From assembly GCA_964463365.1 (NCBI GenBank), contig CAYXCV010000002.1, positions 1-62,871 of the forward strand: a DNA stretch of 62,871 nt, written 5' to 3'. This DNA is from an uncultured Kineothrix sp. (GTDB lineage: Bacteria; Bacillota; Clostridia; Lachnospirales; Lachnospiraceae). The notes beneath the pieces were generated by a model. The model saw nothing but the letters and a program-made list of their open reading frames with translations. It was not told where the DNA came from and made no database searches. Both the position numbers and the translations under genes were made by a program. This document shows positions 1 through 9,630 of this stretch, in pieces. Positions within the stretch are counted from its first letter, which is position 1. Each line of letters starts with the position of its first letter.

Positions 1-45
1 ACTCGCAAGTCCACTTCAGTTAACAGTAATATATATTCCTTTAAT

Positions 46-74
46 ACTATACCATTCTACTCTTAGAAATGCAA
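46..74 (-). promoter_or_regulatory. Putative sigma-A promoter for a gene beyond the left edge
   Basis: Minus strand TTGCAT-N17-TATAGT with TG extended -10. Confidence 0.55.
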
Positions 75-123
75 GGTATTTCGCGCAGCATTTTTATTGA
101 ATAGGACGTTTAAAACTATTTAT

Positions 124-157
124 AAAAAACTATAGGTAAAATTACCTATAGTTTTTT
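124..157. terminator. Bidirectional intrinsic terminator downstream of the tRNA
   Basis: Perfect inverted repeat AAAAAACTATAGGTAA-AA-TTACCTATAGTTTTTT. Confidence 0.85.
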
Positions 158-186
158 CGGGTTGGGCTGTTTAAATAAACAGTCAG

Positions 187-258
187 CAGCTCGTAGGGGA
201 CTCGAACCCCTGATTCCGCCGTGAGAGGGCGGCGTCTTAACCTCTTGACCAACGAGCC
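187..258 (-). tRNA. tRNA-Glu (anticodon CTC), CCA not encoded
   Basis: Minus strand GGCTCGTTGGTCAAGAGGTTAAGACGCCGCCCTCTCACGGCGGAATCAGGGGTTCGAGTCCCCTACGAGCTG; cloverleaf, anticodon stem CCGCC/GGCGG, T-loop GTTCGAG. Confidence 0.97.
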
Positions 259-300
259 TAAGTGTAAATGAAAAAACATAGCTCATTTACCGACTTGCTT

Positions 301-329
301 ATTCTATTATAAAATCCCAAAGATAGCAA
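301..329 (-). promoter_or_regulatory. Putative sigma-A promoter of tRNA-Glu
   Basis: Minus strand TTGCTA-N17-TAGAAT about 40 bp upstream of the tRNA. Confidence 0.55.
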
Positions 330-358
330 GTACTTTTTTAATTTTTATTATTTTCTTC

Positions 359-727
359 TTAGTTTTTCTCTAAAATACGTTCCAAAGCTTCTAACACCTG
401 TTCCGGTTCATAAGGTTTTGCAATAAAATCTGCGGCACCACTTTTGATTGCCTGCACCATCTTTTCTTTCTGTCCGGCAGCGGTAATCATAATTACTTTT
501 GCATCTTTATTCTCACTCTTTATATGTTTTAGCGCCTCTAATCCATTCATTACCGGCATCGTAATATCAAGAGTCACAATATCAGGTTTCAACTCTTTAA
601 ATAGTGCAAATCCCTCTTCACCATTGGCAGCTTCACCTACTACCGTATGACAGCCCGGCTTTTCTAAAACCTCTTTTAAAATCTTTCTGGATGTTCTTGA
701 ATCATCGATAATTAAAATGTTGGCCAT
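359..727 (-). CDS. Single-domain CheY-like response regulator
   Basis: ILIIDDS, VTLDITMPVMNG, ITA, FIAKPY motifs; start set at the ATG following RBS GAGGAGG. Confidence 0.92.
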   Translation of the reverse strand: MANILIIDDSRTSRKILKEVLEKPGCHTVVGEAANGEEGFALFKELKPDIVTLDITMPVMNGLEALKHIKSENKDAKVIMITAAGQKEKMVQAIKSGAADFIAKPYEPEQVLEALERILEKN

Positions 728-775
728 ACTAATAACCTCCTCTTGCTTCACTATTTCATATATTATATATATGTA

Positions 776-1666
776 TTATATTGTAATATCAATTTCGTTA
801 TCTACCGCTATTACTATTCTTATTTTACGATTCTTAATATAGACCGGAACAATCAATACTTTATCATCTGCTTTCACGCATCCTGCCTGATAATACATTG
901 GTGGCAGCATATCTACCTGTATTCCTTCTGCACTTAGAGCGGTAGCATACATTCCGTTAATACAATTAATAAATTCACAAATTGCATCAAAAGCAAATAA
1001 ATCCATCTCCTCAAACTCTTCCCTTGCATAGGTAGAAGCAATCGTTAAAAGGTTATTGCCTTCTCCCGCCATACCTAGGATAATCTGATGATCCCCTTCC
1101 ACATCCTGTACCGCAATATTCTCAAATTCATAACAATCTGATTCATAAGAGGCATCTATTGCAATTTCACTATCAATAAGACGGATAATGGTACGAATGG
1201 CAACGCCTGCCAATTCCTGAGCGATTCTACTTTTACTTCTAACAAAAAGAGGAACGATACGTTCTGCATCACCACTTCTTAAATCTTCCATGTCGGTAGA
1301 GGTAAAACCATGTTCCCTCTGATATAGTTCCAATGCATTCTCAATTTCTTCCAATGTCATAATTCCCTGTTCAGACATTGCCTGGACAAATACCAGATAA
1401 GGATTCCCCTGCAGCTTCAGAAGACGCTCTACTTGACTTTCCGTAAGATACCCCTGTTCCACCGCAATATCACCAAACTTTTTATCCTCTGTCGCCTGCC
1501 GATGATTTATCTTATCTGCCTGCTCTGTAGATAAAAATTTCTCTGTCACTGCTATCAACCCCAGTTTCACTTTTACAATCCTCTGGTATTGAATGAACCT
1601 TTCCAGTTCATTTGCTGTGATTAGATTCTGTTCCACTAAAAATTTACCAAATATCTGACTAAACAT
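776..1666 (-). CDS. CheX/CheC-family phosphatase-like protein with N-terminal MshEN-like repeats
   Basis: C-terminal DAICEFINCING (E-x-x-N); N-terminal repeats such as KFGDIAVEQGYLTESQVERLLKLQ. Confidence 0.75.
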   Translation of the reverse strand: MFSQIFGKFLVEQNLITANELERFIQYQRIVKVKLGLIAVTEKFLSTEQADKINHRQATEDKKFGDIAVEQGYLTESQVERLLKLQGNPYLVFVQAMSEQGIMTLEEIENALELYQREHGFTSTDMEDLRSGDAERIVPLFVRSKSRIAQELAGVAIRTIIRLIDSEIAIDASYESDCYEFENIAVQDVEGDHQIILGMAGEGNNLLTIASTYAREEFEEMDLFAFDAICEFINCINGMYATALSAEGIQVDMLPPMYYQAGCVKADDKVLIVPVYIKNRKIRIVIAVDNEIDITI

Positions 1667-1723
1667 ACGTATCCTCCACCCAACATCTTAAGTTAATCCA
1701 CGTTTATTACTATTATATTATAC

Positions 1724-4700
1724 TTACGATACAAAATCAAACAAACTAATTTGATTAGATTCCGGCAGATTGCCTAATAGATTCAGAGTATCCATAAGCT
1801 CCACCACCGTTTTAGAAACTTTGGTCCTCTGTCTGAAATCATCCTTGGACAAAAACGGACCATCTTTTACCGCCTCCACGATTGCATCTGCTGCTTTTTC
1901 ACCCAAACCATCTATGCTATTTAGAGAAGGCATAATTTTGCCGTCTACAATTTGAAATAAACGAGAATTTGCGGTAAATACATCAATCGGTTCAAATTCA
2001 AATCCTCTTGCATACATTTCCTGAACCAACTTCATATCCTTATAAGAATCCTGCTCCTTCTTAGTAAGAATATCACTCCTCCTCTTGTAGTCCTCTATAT
2101 TCTTTTCAAGATGCTCCTTCCCCTGACACATTAGTTCATAAGAAAAAGCAGATGCTCGAATACTGAAGAAAGAAGCATAAAAGGCAAGGGGATAATTTAT
2201 CTTACAATATGCAATACGCCATGCCATCATAACATAAGCTGCTGCGTGAGCTTTGGGGAACATATACTTTATCTTCTCACAAGACCAGATATACCAATCC
2301 GGCACATCCGCTGCTTTCATAGCGGTCTTCCATTCTTCCCTTAATCCTTTTCCTTTACGCACACTTTCCATAATTGTAAATGCCAGTGAACTTTCTACTC
2401 CCATACCGATGAGATAGACCATAATATCATCTCTTGTACAAATTGCAGTTGAAATCGTTGCGGTACCATCCTGAATAAGAGTCTGTGCATTTCCTAACCA
2501 TACATCCGTTCCATGGGCAAGTCCTGCAATACGAACCAAATCAGAAAAAGCCTGGGGCTTCGTATCAATTAACATCTGCATGGCAAATTCCGTACCAAAC
2601 TCCGGTATTCCAAGTGCTCCTAATTTGCATCCCATTATATCACCAGGAGTTATACCAAGCGCATCAGTATTTTTAAAAAGGGACATGACTTCCGAATCAT
2701 CCAGAGGTATTCCTACCGGATCTATACCCGTTAAATCCTGAAGCATTCGAATCATTGTCGGATCATCATGCCCGAGAATATCAAGCTTTAAAAGGTTATG
2801 ATCTATAGAATGATAGTCAAAGTGTGTGGTAATTGTATCTGTATTCATGTCATTGGCTGGGTGCTGAACCGGCGTAAATGTATTGATATCCTCACCAATT
2901 GGCAACACTATGATACCGCCCGGATGCTGACCGGTACTTCTGCGGATACCTGTACACCCTGAGACAATTCTATTGATTTCACAAGTACGCTTACTCTGAC
3001 CTTTCTCCTCATAATAATTTTTCACATAACCAAATGCGGTTTTATCTGCCAAAGTACCGATGGTTCCGGCACGATATGTCTGACCCGCTCCAAAAATAAC
3101 TTCTGTATATTTATGAGCCTTACTCTGATACTCACCCGAAAAGTTAAGGTCAATATCCGGTTCTTTGTCCCCCTTAAACCCTAAAAATGTTTCAAAAGGG
3201 ATATCAAAACCATCCTTTTTAAGCAAGGCACCGCAAACCGGACATTTTTTATCCGGCATGTCACATCCTGCCTTTCCTGCATAGGCCTTTACTTCCTCCG
3301 AATCGAAATCGTTGTAATGACATTCACTGCAATAGTAATGGGGGCTTAAGGGATTCACTTCTGTAATCCCTGCCATAGTTGCCACAAAAGAGGAACCTAC
3401 GGAACCTCTGGAACCTACCAAATATCCATCTTCTACTGATTTCCACACTAGTTTTTGTGATATGATATACATAACCGCAAAACCGTTTGAAATAATAGAA
3501 TCCAATTCTCTCTTCAGTCTCTTCTCAACGATCTCTGGGAGAACCTCCCCATAAATTTCAGTCGCTTTGTTATAACAAATATCTGTCAGTTGCTTATCGC
3601 TATCAGGAATTACCGGTGCACACTTGTCGGGGCGTACCGGAGATATCGTTTCTACCATATCAGCAATCAAATTGGTATTAGTAATGACAACTTCTTCCGC
3701 TTTGTCACTTCCCAGATAGGAAAACTCTTCTAACATCTCTTCTGTTGTTCGCAAATACAGAGGAGCCTGATCGTCTGCATCGGTAAATCCTTTTCCCGCC
3801 ATAATAATACGTCTATATACTTCATCCTCTGGATCTAGGAAATGAACATCACATGTAGCCACCACCGGTTTGTTATATTGCTCACCCAAGTCTACTATCT
3901 TTTTATTAATATCCATAATATCTTCAAAAGAATTCACGTTTCTTACTTTTTCAGATTCTATCATGAATTTATTATTACCAACAGGCTGTATTTCCAGATA
4001 ATCATAGAAATTGACTAACCTTGCAATATCAGCATCTGATACGCCTTCTATAATGGCCCGATAAAGCTCTCCTGCTTCGCAGGCACTTCCCAAGATCAAA
4101 CCTTCTCTATATTTGAGTAACAGACTTTTGGGAACTCTGGGGCGTTTGTTGTAATATGTTAAATGAGACTCAGATACCAGCCGATATAGGTTGGCTCGTC
4201 CCGTATCATTCTTGGCTAGAATAATGGCATGGTAAGAAGGCATCTTTTTCACAAGATTCGGACTGGATGCCCCTAGCTCATTTATTTTCTTAAGCGTAGT
4301 AATTCCATCATTTGATAACATTTCTAAAAATTTTAAAAATATTTCGGCTGTCGCGTCTGCATCATCCACTGCCCTATGATGATTCTCAAGAGATATTCCA
4401 AGATTCTTAGCGACTGCATCTAACGTATGTTTTGCCTGACGAGGCATCAATAATCTAGCAATCCCCACGGTGTCTATATATGTAAATTCTTCCTCTATTC
4501 CAAGGTTTCTTGCGTTTTCCATAATAAAGCTCATATCAAAGTTCGCATTATGAGCTACCATTACCGTATCCTTACAGAATTCCAAAAATTGCGGCAAAAC
4601 CATATCTATCTTAGGGGCATCTACCACCATATGATCACTGATATTCGTTAACTTTTCTATTTCAAAAGGAATTGGTACTTCCGGATTAATAAAGGTTGAA

Positions 4701-6211
4701 TATCGATCTATAATCTTACCATCCTTTATCTTTACCGCACCAATTTCAATAATTCTATTATAAACCGGTGAAAACCCAGTGGTTTCAATATCAAATACTA
4801 CAAAAGTATCATGAAAGTCCTGTCCCTGATCTCCCGTCACAATTTCCCTTAAATCATCTACCAGATAAGCCTCCATCCCATAAATAATTTTAAAGAAATC
4901 CTGTTTATCCGGATTAGTATCACCGGCTTCTTTCCTCTTAACCTTTTCCGCTCTCCATAAATCCTCCCAAGTATGATTGGCATCGGGAAATGACTGTACC
5001 ACTCCATGATCGGTGATAGCAATTGCTTGATGCCCCCATTGATAGGCGCGCTTTACAATATCTTTTGCTTCAGAGACTCCATCCATATCACTCATTTTTG
5101 TATGACAATGAAGTTCTACTCTTTTCTTAGCACTATGATCCATTCTGGATGAAGTAAAATCCGGAATTTTTTTGATTCCAAACACAGAACTGATTGTCAG
5201 TTCATTATCAAATTTATCAATAACTGCCAAACCCTTTAATTTGATATAAGCTCCTAGCTTAATGTGCCCTGTTATTTCTTCAACCTGATAGTTGTTAACA
5301 AACATTTTAACGGTAAGTGTATCCGTAAAATCTGAGATGTCAAAAAACAATATTGTTTTTTCATTTTTTATTTCTCTTTTATCCAGACTGATAATCTTAC
5401 CCCGTACTGCGATTTCACCGATTTCTCCGATTACATCTTTCATGCTCATTGTTTCATCTTCAAAATCCCTTCCATAAATCACATCCGGATTATCGGAACG
5501 TTTAACAGCTCGCCTGAAATCAGATTTATCACCAAATTTTTTATTAGTATGGCTCTCCTTACGATTGGTCTGCAACTCACTCTTATTACCGGCTGCTTGC
5601 ACAGTTGGAGTTTCCCCACTATTTTCCTCTGTACCCACGATTGCCCTTGCTGTAATTTCCGCAACCTGCCTCTTGATCTTTAAGTCAACATCTTTATCTT
5701 TTTCCTTATCATTTAATTTAAAATCAGAAGAAACATCAATATTAAAACCAAAGCGTTCGTTATATATTTTGTCTAATATACGAACAATCTCTCCAGCCTT
5801 GCTTCTTGCTGGTATGGAATCTTCCATAGTGATAAGAAGTTTATTTTCTAAAGGATAGGTAATATCTGCATTTTTAAAAATATTATATTCCACCGGACTA
5901 TATTCCTTAAGTTCCAGCATAATACTTTCCCTATAAATATCCATGAAATTTTCCGGATTATATTGGGAGGATAATTGATATCTTTCGTATATCTTCACAG
6001 TCATCTGAAAACTGGGGAACAATTGTTTCTTAATTGCCGCCTCTGCTTTGAAAATAAATTCTTTATAAATCAATCTTTTACTGAAAATATAAATACGCAA
6101 AAAGTCTTTTCGCTTTGTGGCCGATACTCGTTCAACAACTGCCTGCTCAAAGAAATCATGTAAATCATTATCCAGTTTTAAAGATGGAAATACTTCAAAA
6201 AATTTTTTCAA
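1724..6211 (-). CDS. polC: DNA polymerase III alpha subunit, PolC type
   Basis: 1495 aa; OB fold, PHP (VELHCHTKMSDMDG), DEDDh exonuclease (VFDIETTGF), zinc finger, PDIDLNF catalytic motif. Confidence 0.99.
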   Translation of the reverse strand: MKKFFEVFPSLKLDNDLHDFFEQAVVERVSATKRKDFLRIYIFSKRLIYKEFIFKAEAAIKKQLFPSFQMTVKIYERYQLSSQYNPENFMDIYRESIMLELKEYSPVEYNIFKNADITYPLENKLLITMEDSIPARSKAGEIVRILDKIYNERFGFNIDVSSDFKLNDKEKDKDVDLKIKRQVAEITARAIVGTEENSGETPTVQAAGNKSELQTNRKESHTNKKFGDKSDFRRAVKRSDNPDVIYGRDFEDETMSMKDVIGEIGEIAVRGKIISLDKREIKNEKTILFFDISDFTDTLTVKMFVNNYQVEEITGHIKLGAYIKLKGLAVIDKFDNELTISSVFGIKKIPDFTSSRMDHSAKKRVELHCHTKMSDMDGVSEAKDIVKRAYQWGHQAIAITDHGVVQSFPDANHTWEDLWRAEKVKRKEAGDTNPDKQDFFKIIYGMEAYLVDDLREIVTGDQGQDFHDTFVVFDIETTGFSPVYNRIIEIGAVKIKDGKIIDRYSTFINPEVPIPFEIEKLTNISDHMVVDAPKIDMVLPQFLEFCKDTVMVAHNANFDMSFIMENARNLGIEEEFTYIDTVGIARLLMPRQAKHTLDAVAKNLGISLENHHRAVDDADATAEIFLKFLEMLSNDGITTLKKINELGASSPNLVKKMPSYHAIILAKNDTGRANLYRLVSESHLTYYNKRPRVPKSLLLKYREGLILGSACEAGELYRAIIEGVSDADIARLVNFYDYLEIQPVGNNKFMIESEKVRNVNSFEDIMDINKKIVDLGEQYNKPVVATCDVHFLDPEDEVYRRIIMAGKGFTDADDQAPLYLRTTEEMLEEFSYLGSDKAEEVVITNTNLIADMVETISPVRPDKCAPVIPDSDKQLTDICYNKATEIYGEVLPEIVEKRLKRELDSIISNGFAVMYIISQKLVWKSVEDGYLVGSRGSVGSSFVATMAGITEVNPLSPHYYCSECHYNDFDSEEVKAYAGKAGCDMPDKKCPVCGALLKKDGFDIPFETFLGFKGDKEPDIDLNFSGEYQSKAHKYTEVIFGAGQTYRAGTIGTLADKTAFGYVKNYYEEKGQSKRTCEINRIVSGCTGIRRSTGQHPGGIIVLPIGEDINTFTPVQHPANDMNTDTITTHFDYHSIDHNLLKLDILGHDDPTMIRMLQDLTGIDPVGIPLDDSEVMSLFKNTDALGITPGDIMGCKLGALGIPEFGTEFAMQMLIDTKPQAFSDLVRIAGLAHGTDVWLGNAQTLIQDGTATISTAICTRDDIMVYLIGMGVESSLAFTIMESVRKGKGLREEWKTAMKAADVPDWYIWSCEKIKYMFPKAHAAAYVMMAWRIAYCKINYPLAFYASFFSIRASAFSYELMCQGKEHLEKNIEDYKRRSDILTKKEQDSYKDMKLVQEMYARGFEFEPIDVFTANSRLFQIVDGKIMPSLNSIDGLGEKAADAIVEAVKDGPFLSKDDFRQRTKVSKTVVELMDTLNLLGNLPESNQISLFDFVS

Positions 6212-6229
6212 AATGTCTCAGTCCTATTC

Positions 6230-7282
6230 TTATTTCCAGTTTAATAACTCTTCCCTTAATACAGTAAGAAGCTGTTCCTCCGGGACTTTTTTAATAATTT
6301 CACCTTTTTTTATCAGTAAGCCCTCTCCTTCTCCACCTGCAATTCCGATATCGGCTTCCTTGGCTTCTCCCGGTCCGTTTACCGCACATCCCATAACGGC
6401 TACCTTAATATCTAAAGGAATATCAGCTACCATTTTCTCTACCTGATTGGCCAGACCTATTAGGTCGATTCTCGTTCTGCCGCAGGTAGGACAGGAAACC
6501 ACCTCTATTCCACCTTTTCTGAGTCCCAGTGTACGCAGTATCAATTTCGCAGTTTTTACTTCCTCTACTGGATCTCCCGTAAGTGAAACTCTGATGGTAT
6601 CGCCAATTCCCTGATACAAAATGATACCCAGCCCAACTCCTGATTTAATGTTTCCACTTGTCAGTGTACCCGACTCTGTAATTCCTATATGAAGAGGATA
6701 ATTTGATCTTTGAGCCAAGATTTCATGAGCTTTGATACACATCAAAACATCAGAAGACTTAATACTGATTACAATATTATTGTAATCAAGTTCTTCTATC
6801 ATACGAACCTTATCTAGGGCACTTTCAACAATTCCCTCTGCTGTCACTCCGTGATATTTTGCAATCAGTTCTTTTTCCAGAGAGCCGCTGTTTACTCCCA
6901 CTCGAATCGGTATATTTCTTTCTTTTGCTGTTTTTACAACTGCCAATACTTTATCTTTCCCACCAATATTTCCCGGATTGATTCTTATTTTATCCGCTCC
7001 ATTTTCCATGGCCGCAATCGCCATTTTATAATCAAAATGAATGTCTGCAATAATGGGAATTGTTATTTCTTTCTTAATATCACGTATTGCAAGAGCAGCC
7101 TCCATTGTAGGAACTGTACAACGGATAATCTCACATCCTGCCTTTTCCAATTTATGTATTTGCTTGATTGTAGCTTTTACATCCTCTGTTCTTGTATTTG
7201 TCATAGATTGGATGAGTATCTTATTTCCTCCCCCAATCACCTTATTTCCTATATGTACCACTTTCGTATGCTCTCTGAACAT
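6230..7282 (-). CDS. ispG: 4-hydroxy-3-methylbut-2-en-1-yl diphosphate synthase
   Basis: QSMTNT, ADIHFD, RINPGN, SCPTCGRT, VMGCAVNGPGEA. Confidence 0.98.
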   Translation of the reverse strand: MFREHTKVVHIGNKVIGGGNKILIQSMTNTRTEDVKATIKQIHKLEKAGCEIIRCTVPTMEAALAIRDIKKEITIPIIADIHFDYKMAIAAMENGADKIRINPGNIGGKDKVLAVVKTAKERNIPIRVGVNSGSLEKELIAKYHGVTAEGIVESALDKVRMIEELDYNNIVISIKSSDVLMCIKAHEILAQRSNYPLHIGITESGTLTSGNIKSGVGLGIILYQGIGDTIRVSLTGDPVEEVKTAKLILRTLGLRKGGIEVVSCPTCGRTRIDLIGLANQVEKMVADIPLDIKVAVMGCAVNGPGEAKEADIGIAGGEGEGLLIKKGEIIKKVPEEQLLTVLREELLNWK

Positions 7283-7309
7283 GACTGCCTCCTAAAAAAT
7301 ATATAACAA

Positions 7310-7335
7310 GCCTACTACTAAATATAGTAGCAGGC
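7310..7335 (-). terminator. Hairpin / possible terminator between the kinase gene and ispG
   Basis: GCCTGCTACTA-TATT-TAGTAGTAGGC followed by a T-rich tract. Confidence 0.5.
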
Positions 7336-7382
7336 ACACATTCTTTCTACAAATTCAAGTCTATCATACCCACTTTTTAGTG

Positions 7383-8699
7383 TCAAGGTTCGCCAACTTG
7401 CAAATAAAATGATCTGCTTCTATTTTCTTTTGTACTTGTATCCAAGCAGTCCACGGTCAATATATATTTCTTTCCCTCTATAAAATTATCCAGCGGCAGT
7501 TCCAGCTTAATATCTTCATTTGGCTTATAAATAGAATCATATTGAATCAGTAATTTTTGTCCATATCCGTTTCTTACTACCACATGGAGCATATCCTCAT
7601 TGGCTGCAGCCATTTGCGGAATGGATAAATAATATAATACAAAGATACCACTTATAAAAAACAACAGTCCCCTTCCTTTTTTCACTGATAAATAAATACT
7701 TTTTATTTCTCTCATCTCACCATAGGCTTTCCGTCTTTTATTTTTAAAAATATTTTTAATCAGACAAAGCAATATGATAAGTAAGGCAATGCTTATCATT
7801 TTAAACTGATATTCTATGTTTTCAAATAGTTGGATTTGTTTGCATAAATTAAAATATAGTATCCCCATGAAAAACAATAACAAATAGTATAGTCCCGAAA
7901 AAATATTATGAAATCTCCTTATTTTTTTATAACTTTTGGGATGTTGTTTCAGTGCTTCCAGCATTTCAATCATACTTTGATATCTCTCTTCCCTCTTGGG
8001 ATTGGTTGCCTTTTTTATAATTGTTTCGTAATCGGAAGATAGCATTATATTATGGAAATGCAGTGGTTGCAGTATATAGGGAGGCTGGGATGGATTATTT
8101 CCTGTTAACATATAATGAAAAGTTACTCCCAAACTGTAAATATCACTTCTCTCGTCCACTAACTCCCAAGCCTTTACATCAAACTGCTCCGGAGCCGCAT
8201 ACCCAATTGTCCCTGAATATATGTAATCTTCTTTCTCTTCCTGATATTTAAAATAAGAGCTTCCAAAATCTATTAGTTTTATTTTATTATTAGAATCTAT
8301 CATAATATTCGCAGGCTTTAAATCCTGATAAATCACGGGTTCATTCCGCTTATGGAAATAGTTTAATACTTCAGCGATCTCCTTTATCCACTCTATGGCC
8401 TGATTCTGTCTCACAGTCCCAAATTTTTGAATATATTGTTCCAGATTCATCCCTTCTACATACTCCATGATAAGATATTTTTTATTCTCTGTTTCTATGT
8501 AATCCATTACATTGGGAAGAGCTCCATGCTTTAATTCTTTTAAGGCCTTTATCTCATTGATTGAGCATCTATCCTCTGCATAGCATTTAATTGCCACATA
8601 ACAGTTGAGATTCCTATCAAGTGCCTTGTATACTACCGCACTTCCGCCTTTTCCTATCATTTCTATAAACTCATATTTTTCTGCTAACGTTACTTTCAC
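7383..8699 (-). CDS. Hanks-type Ser/Thr protein kinase with C-terminal transmembrane segments
   Basis: GKGGSAVVY, VAIK, YQDLKPAN, DFG, GTIGYAAPE, SDIYSLG; three hydrophobic segments after the kinase domain. Confidence 0.93.
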   Translation of the reverse strand: MKVTLAEKYEFIEMIGKGGSAVVYKALDRNLNCYVAIKCYAEDRCSINEIKALKELKHGALPNVMDYIETENKKYLIMEYVEGMNLEQYIQKFGTVRQNQAIEWIKEIAEVLNYFHKRNEPVIYQDLKPANIMIDSNNKIKLIDFGSSYFKYQEEKEDYIYSGTIGYAAPEQFDVKAWELVDERSDIYSLGVTFHYMLTGNNPSQPPYILQPLHFHNIMLSSDYETIIKKATNPKREERYQSMIEMLEALKQHPKSYKKIRRFHNIFSGLYYLLLFFMGILYFNLCKQIQLFENIEYQFKMISIALLIILLCLIKNIFKNKRRKAYGEMREIKSIYLSVKKGRGLLFFISGIFVLYYLSIPQMAAANEDMLHVVVRNGYGQKLLIQYDSIYKPNEDIKLELPLDNFIEGKKYILTVDCLDTSTKENRSRSFYLQVGEP

Positions 8700-8720
8700 C
8701 TTTTGTATCTATCTCCTTGC

Positions 8721-9434
8721 CTACTCTGCCTTTATGACCAATGCTGAAATATTATCCTCTTCCCCTTTTTTCCTGGAATATTCCGCAATTTCTTTGATTC
8801 GGATATATATCTGCTCTTTTGTAAAAATATAAACCGGCATTAGACTTTCCATGATTTGTTCCTCAGATATGATATGTCTGAATCCATCGGAACAAATTAA
8901 AAAAACAGTCTGCCTTTTTATCCTTCCACTTTCCGCATCCGGTTTCTGCCATTCGAAACTACCGATACATTTTGTAAGTTTATGACGATCCAACGCATGA
9001 TCCTCAGTCAACCTTTGCATGTGCATTTTATTCCGGATCAAGTATATTCTGGAATCTCCGCTATGCCAGATGATGTATTTTCTTTTATAGATTAATAGCA
9101 TTGTCATTGTTGTTCCGAATCGTATCTGCTTCTCTTTTGCAAATGTTAACATCTCCTCATTACAAGAATACAGCGCTCTTATTCCGGCCTTCATTAGTTT
9201 ACTTTTATTCTTGCCTTTTTTAATCATAGGAAGAGCTTCCCTATAAAACCATTCGGTCATACGCTCTGCAACAAACCCACTTGCTATCTCGCCGCCCCAT
9301 AATCCACCGATGCCATCGCATATTAATGCAAACACAACGCTTGTCCCTTTCATTGATACTTCTTGTAGGGAAATAGAATCTTGGTTTAATAAGCGTTTTC
9401 CTTTATCCCAATATACTTCTGAAATAAAACGCAT
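8721..9434 (-). CDS. PP2C/PPM-family Ser/Thr protein phosphatase
   Basis: NQD, ICDGIGG, GTT, GDSRIY, ICSDG, DNIS motifs. Confidence 0.92.
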   Translation of the reverse strand: MRFISEVYWDKGKRLLNQDSISLQEVSMKGTSVVFALICDGIGGLWGGEIASGFVAERMTEWFYREALPMIKKGKNKSKLMKAGIRALYSCNEEMLTFAKEKQIRFGTTMTMLLIYKRKYIIWHSGDSRIYLIRNKMHMQRLTEDHALDRHKLTKCIGSFEWQKPDAESGRIKRQTVFLICSDGFRHIISEEQIMESLMPVYIFTKEQIYIRIKEIAEYSRKKGEEDNISALVIKAE

Positions 9435-9574
9435 GTTATCCTCCTGTATGAAATTAAATCATTGAATATGTTACAGAATTTGTAAAGATGAGAAGATAGA
9501 CTTTTATATATAAAACTTCTATGTCTATTATAAATGATAAGTATCAATAAACATATAGACAATAGTAACAAATT

Positions 9575-9611
9575 AAAAATGGGATACAGACTCATTACCA
9601 ATCTGTATCCC
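9575..9611 (-). terminator. Intrinsic terminator after rseP
   Basis: GGGATACAGA / TCTGTATCCC stem followed by ATTTTT on the minus strand. Confidence 0.7.
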
Positions 9612-9630
9612 TGTTGCTATTAAAAAATTA

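Noticed and set aside
187-258. tRNA as an integration site
   Set aside because: No integrase and no duplicated tRNA 3' end seen in the window
1724-6211. Intein or unusual insertion in PolC
   Set aside because: Length and domain order are normal; only a short charged insert in the PHP domain, and no intein splice motifs noticed
9386-9601. 71-aa minus-strand ORF upstream of the phosphatase
   Set aside because: Starts inside a terminator hairpin, has no RBS and overlaps the phosphatase start; likely spurious
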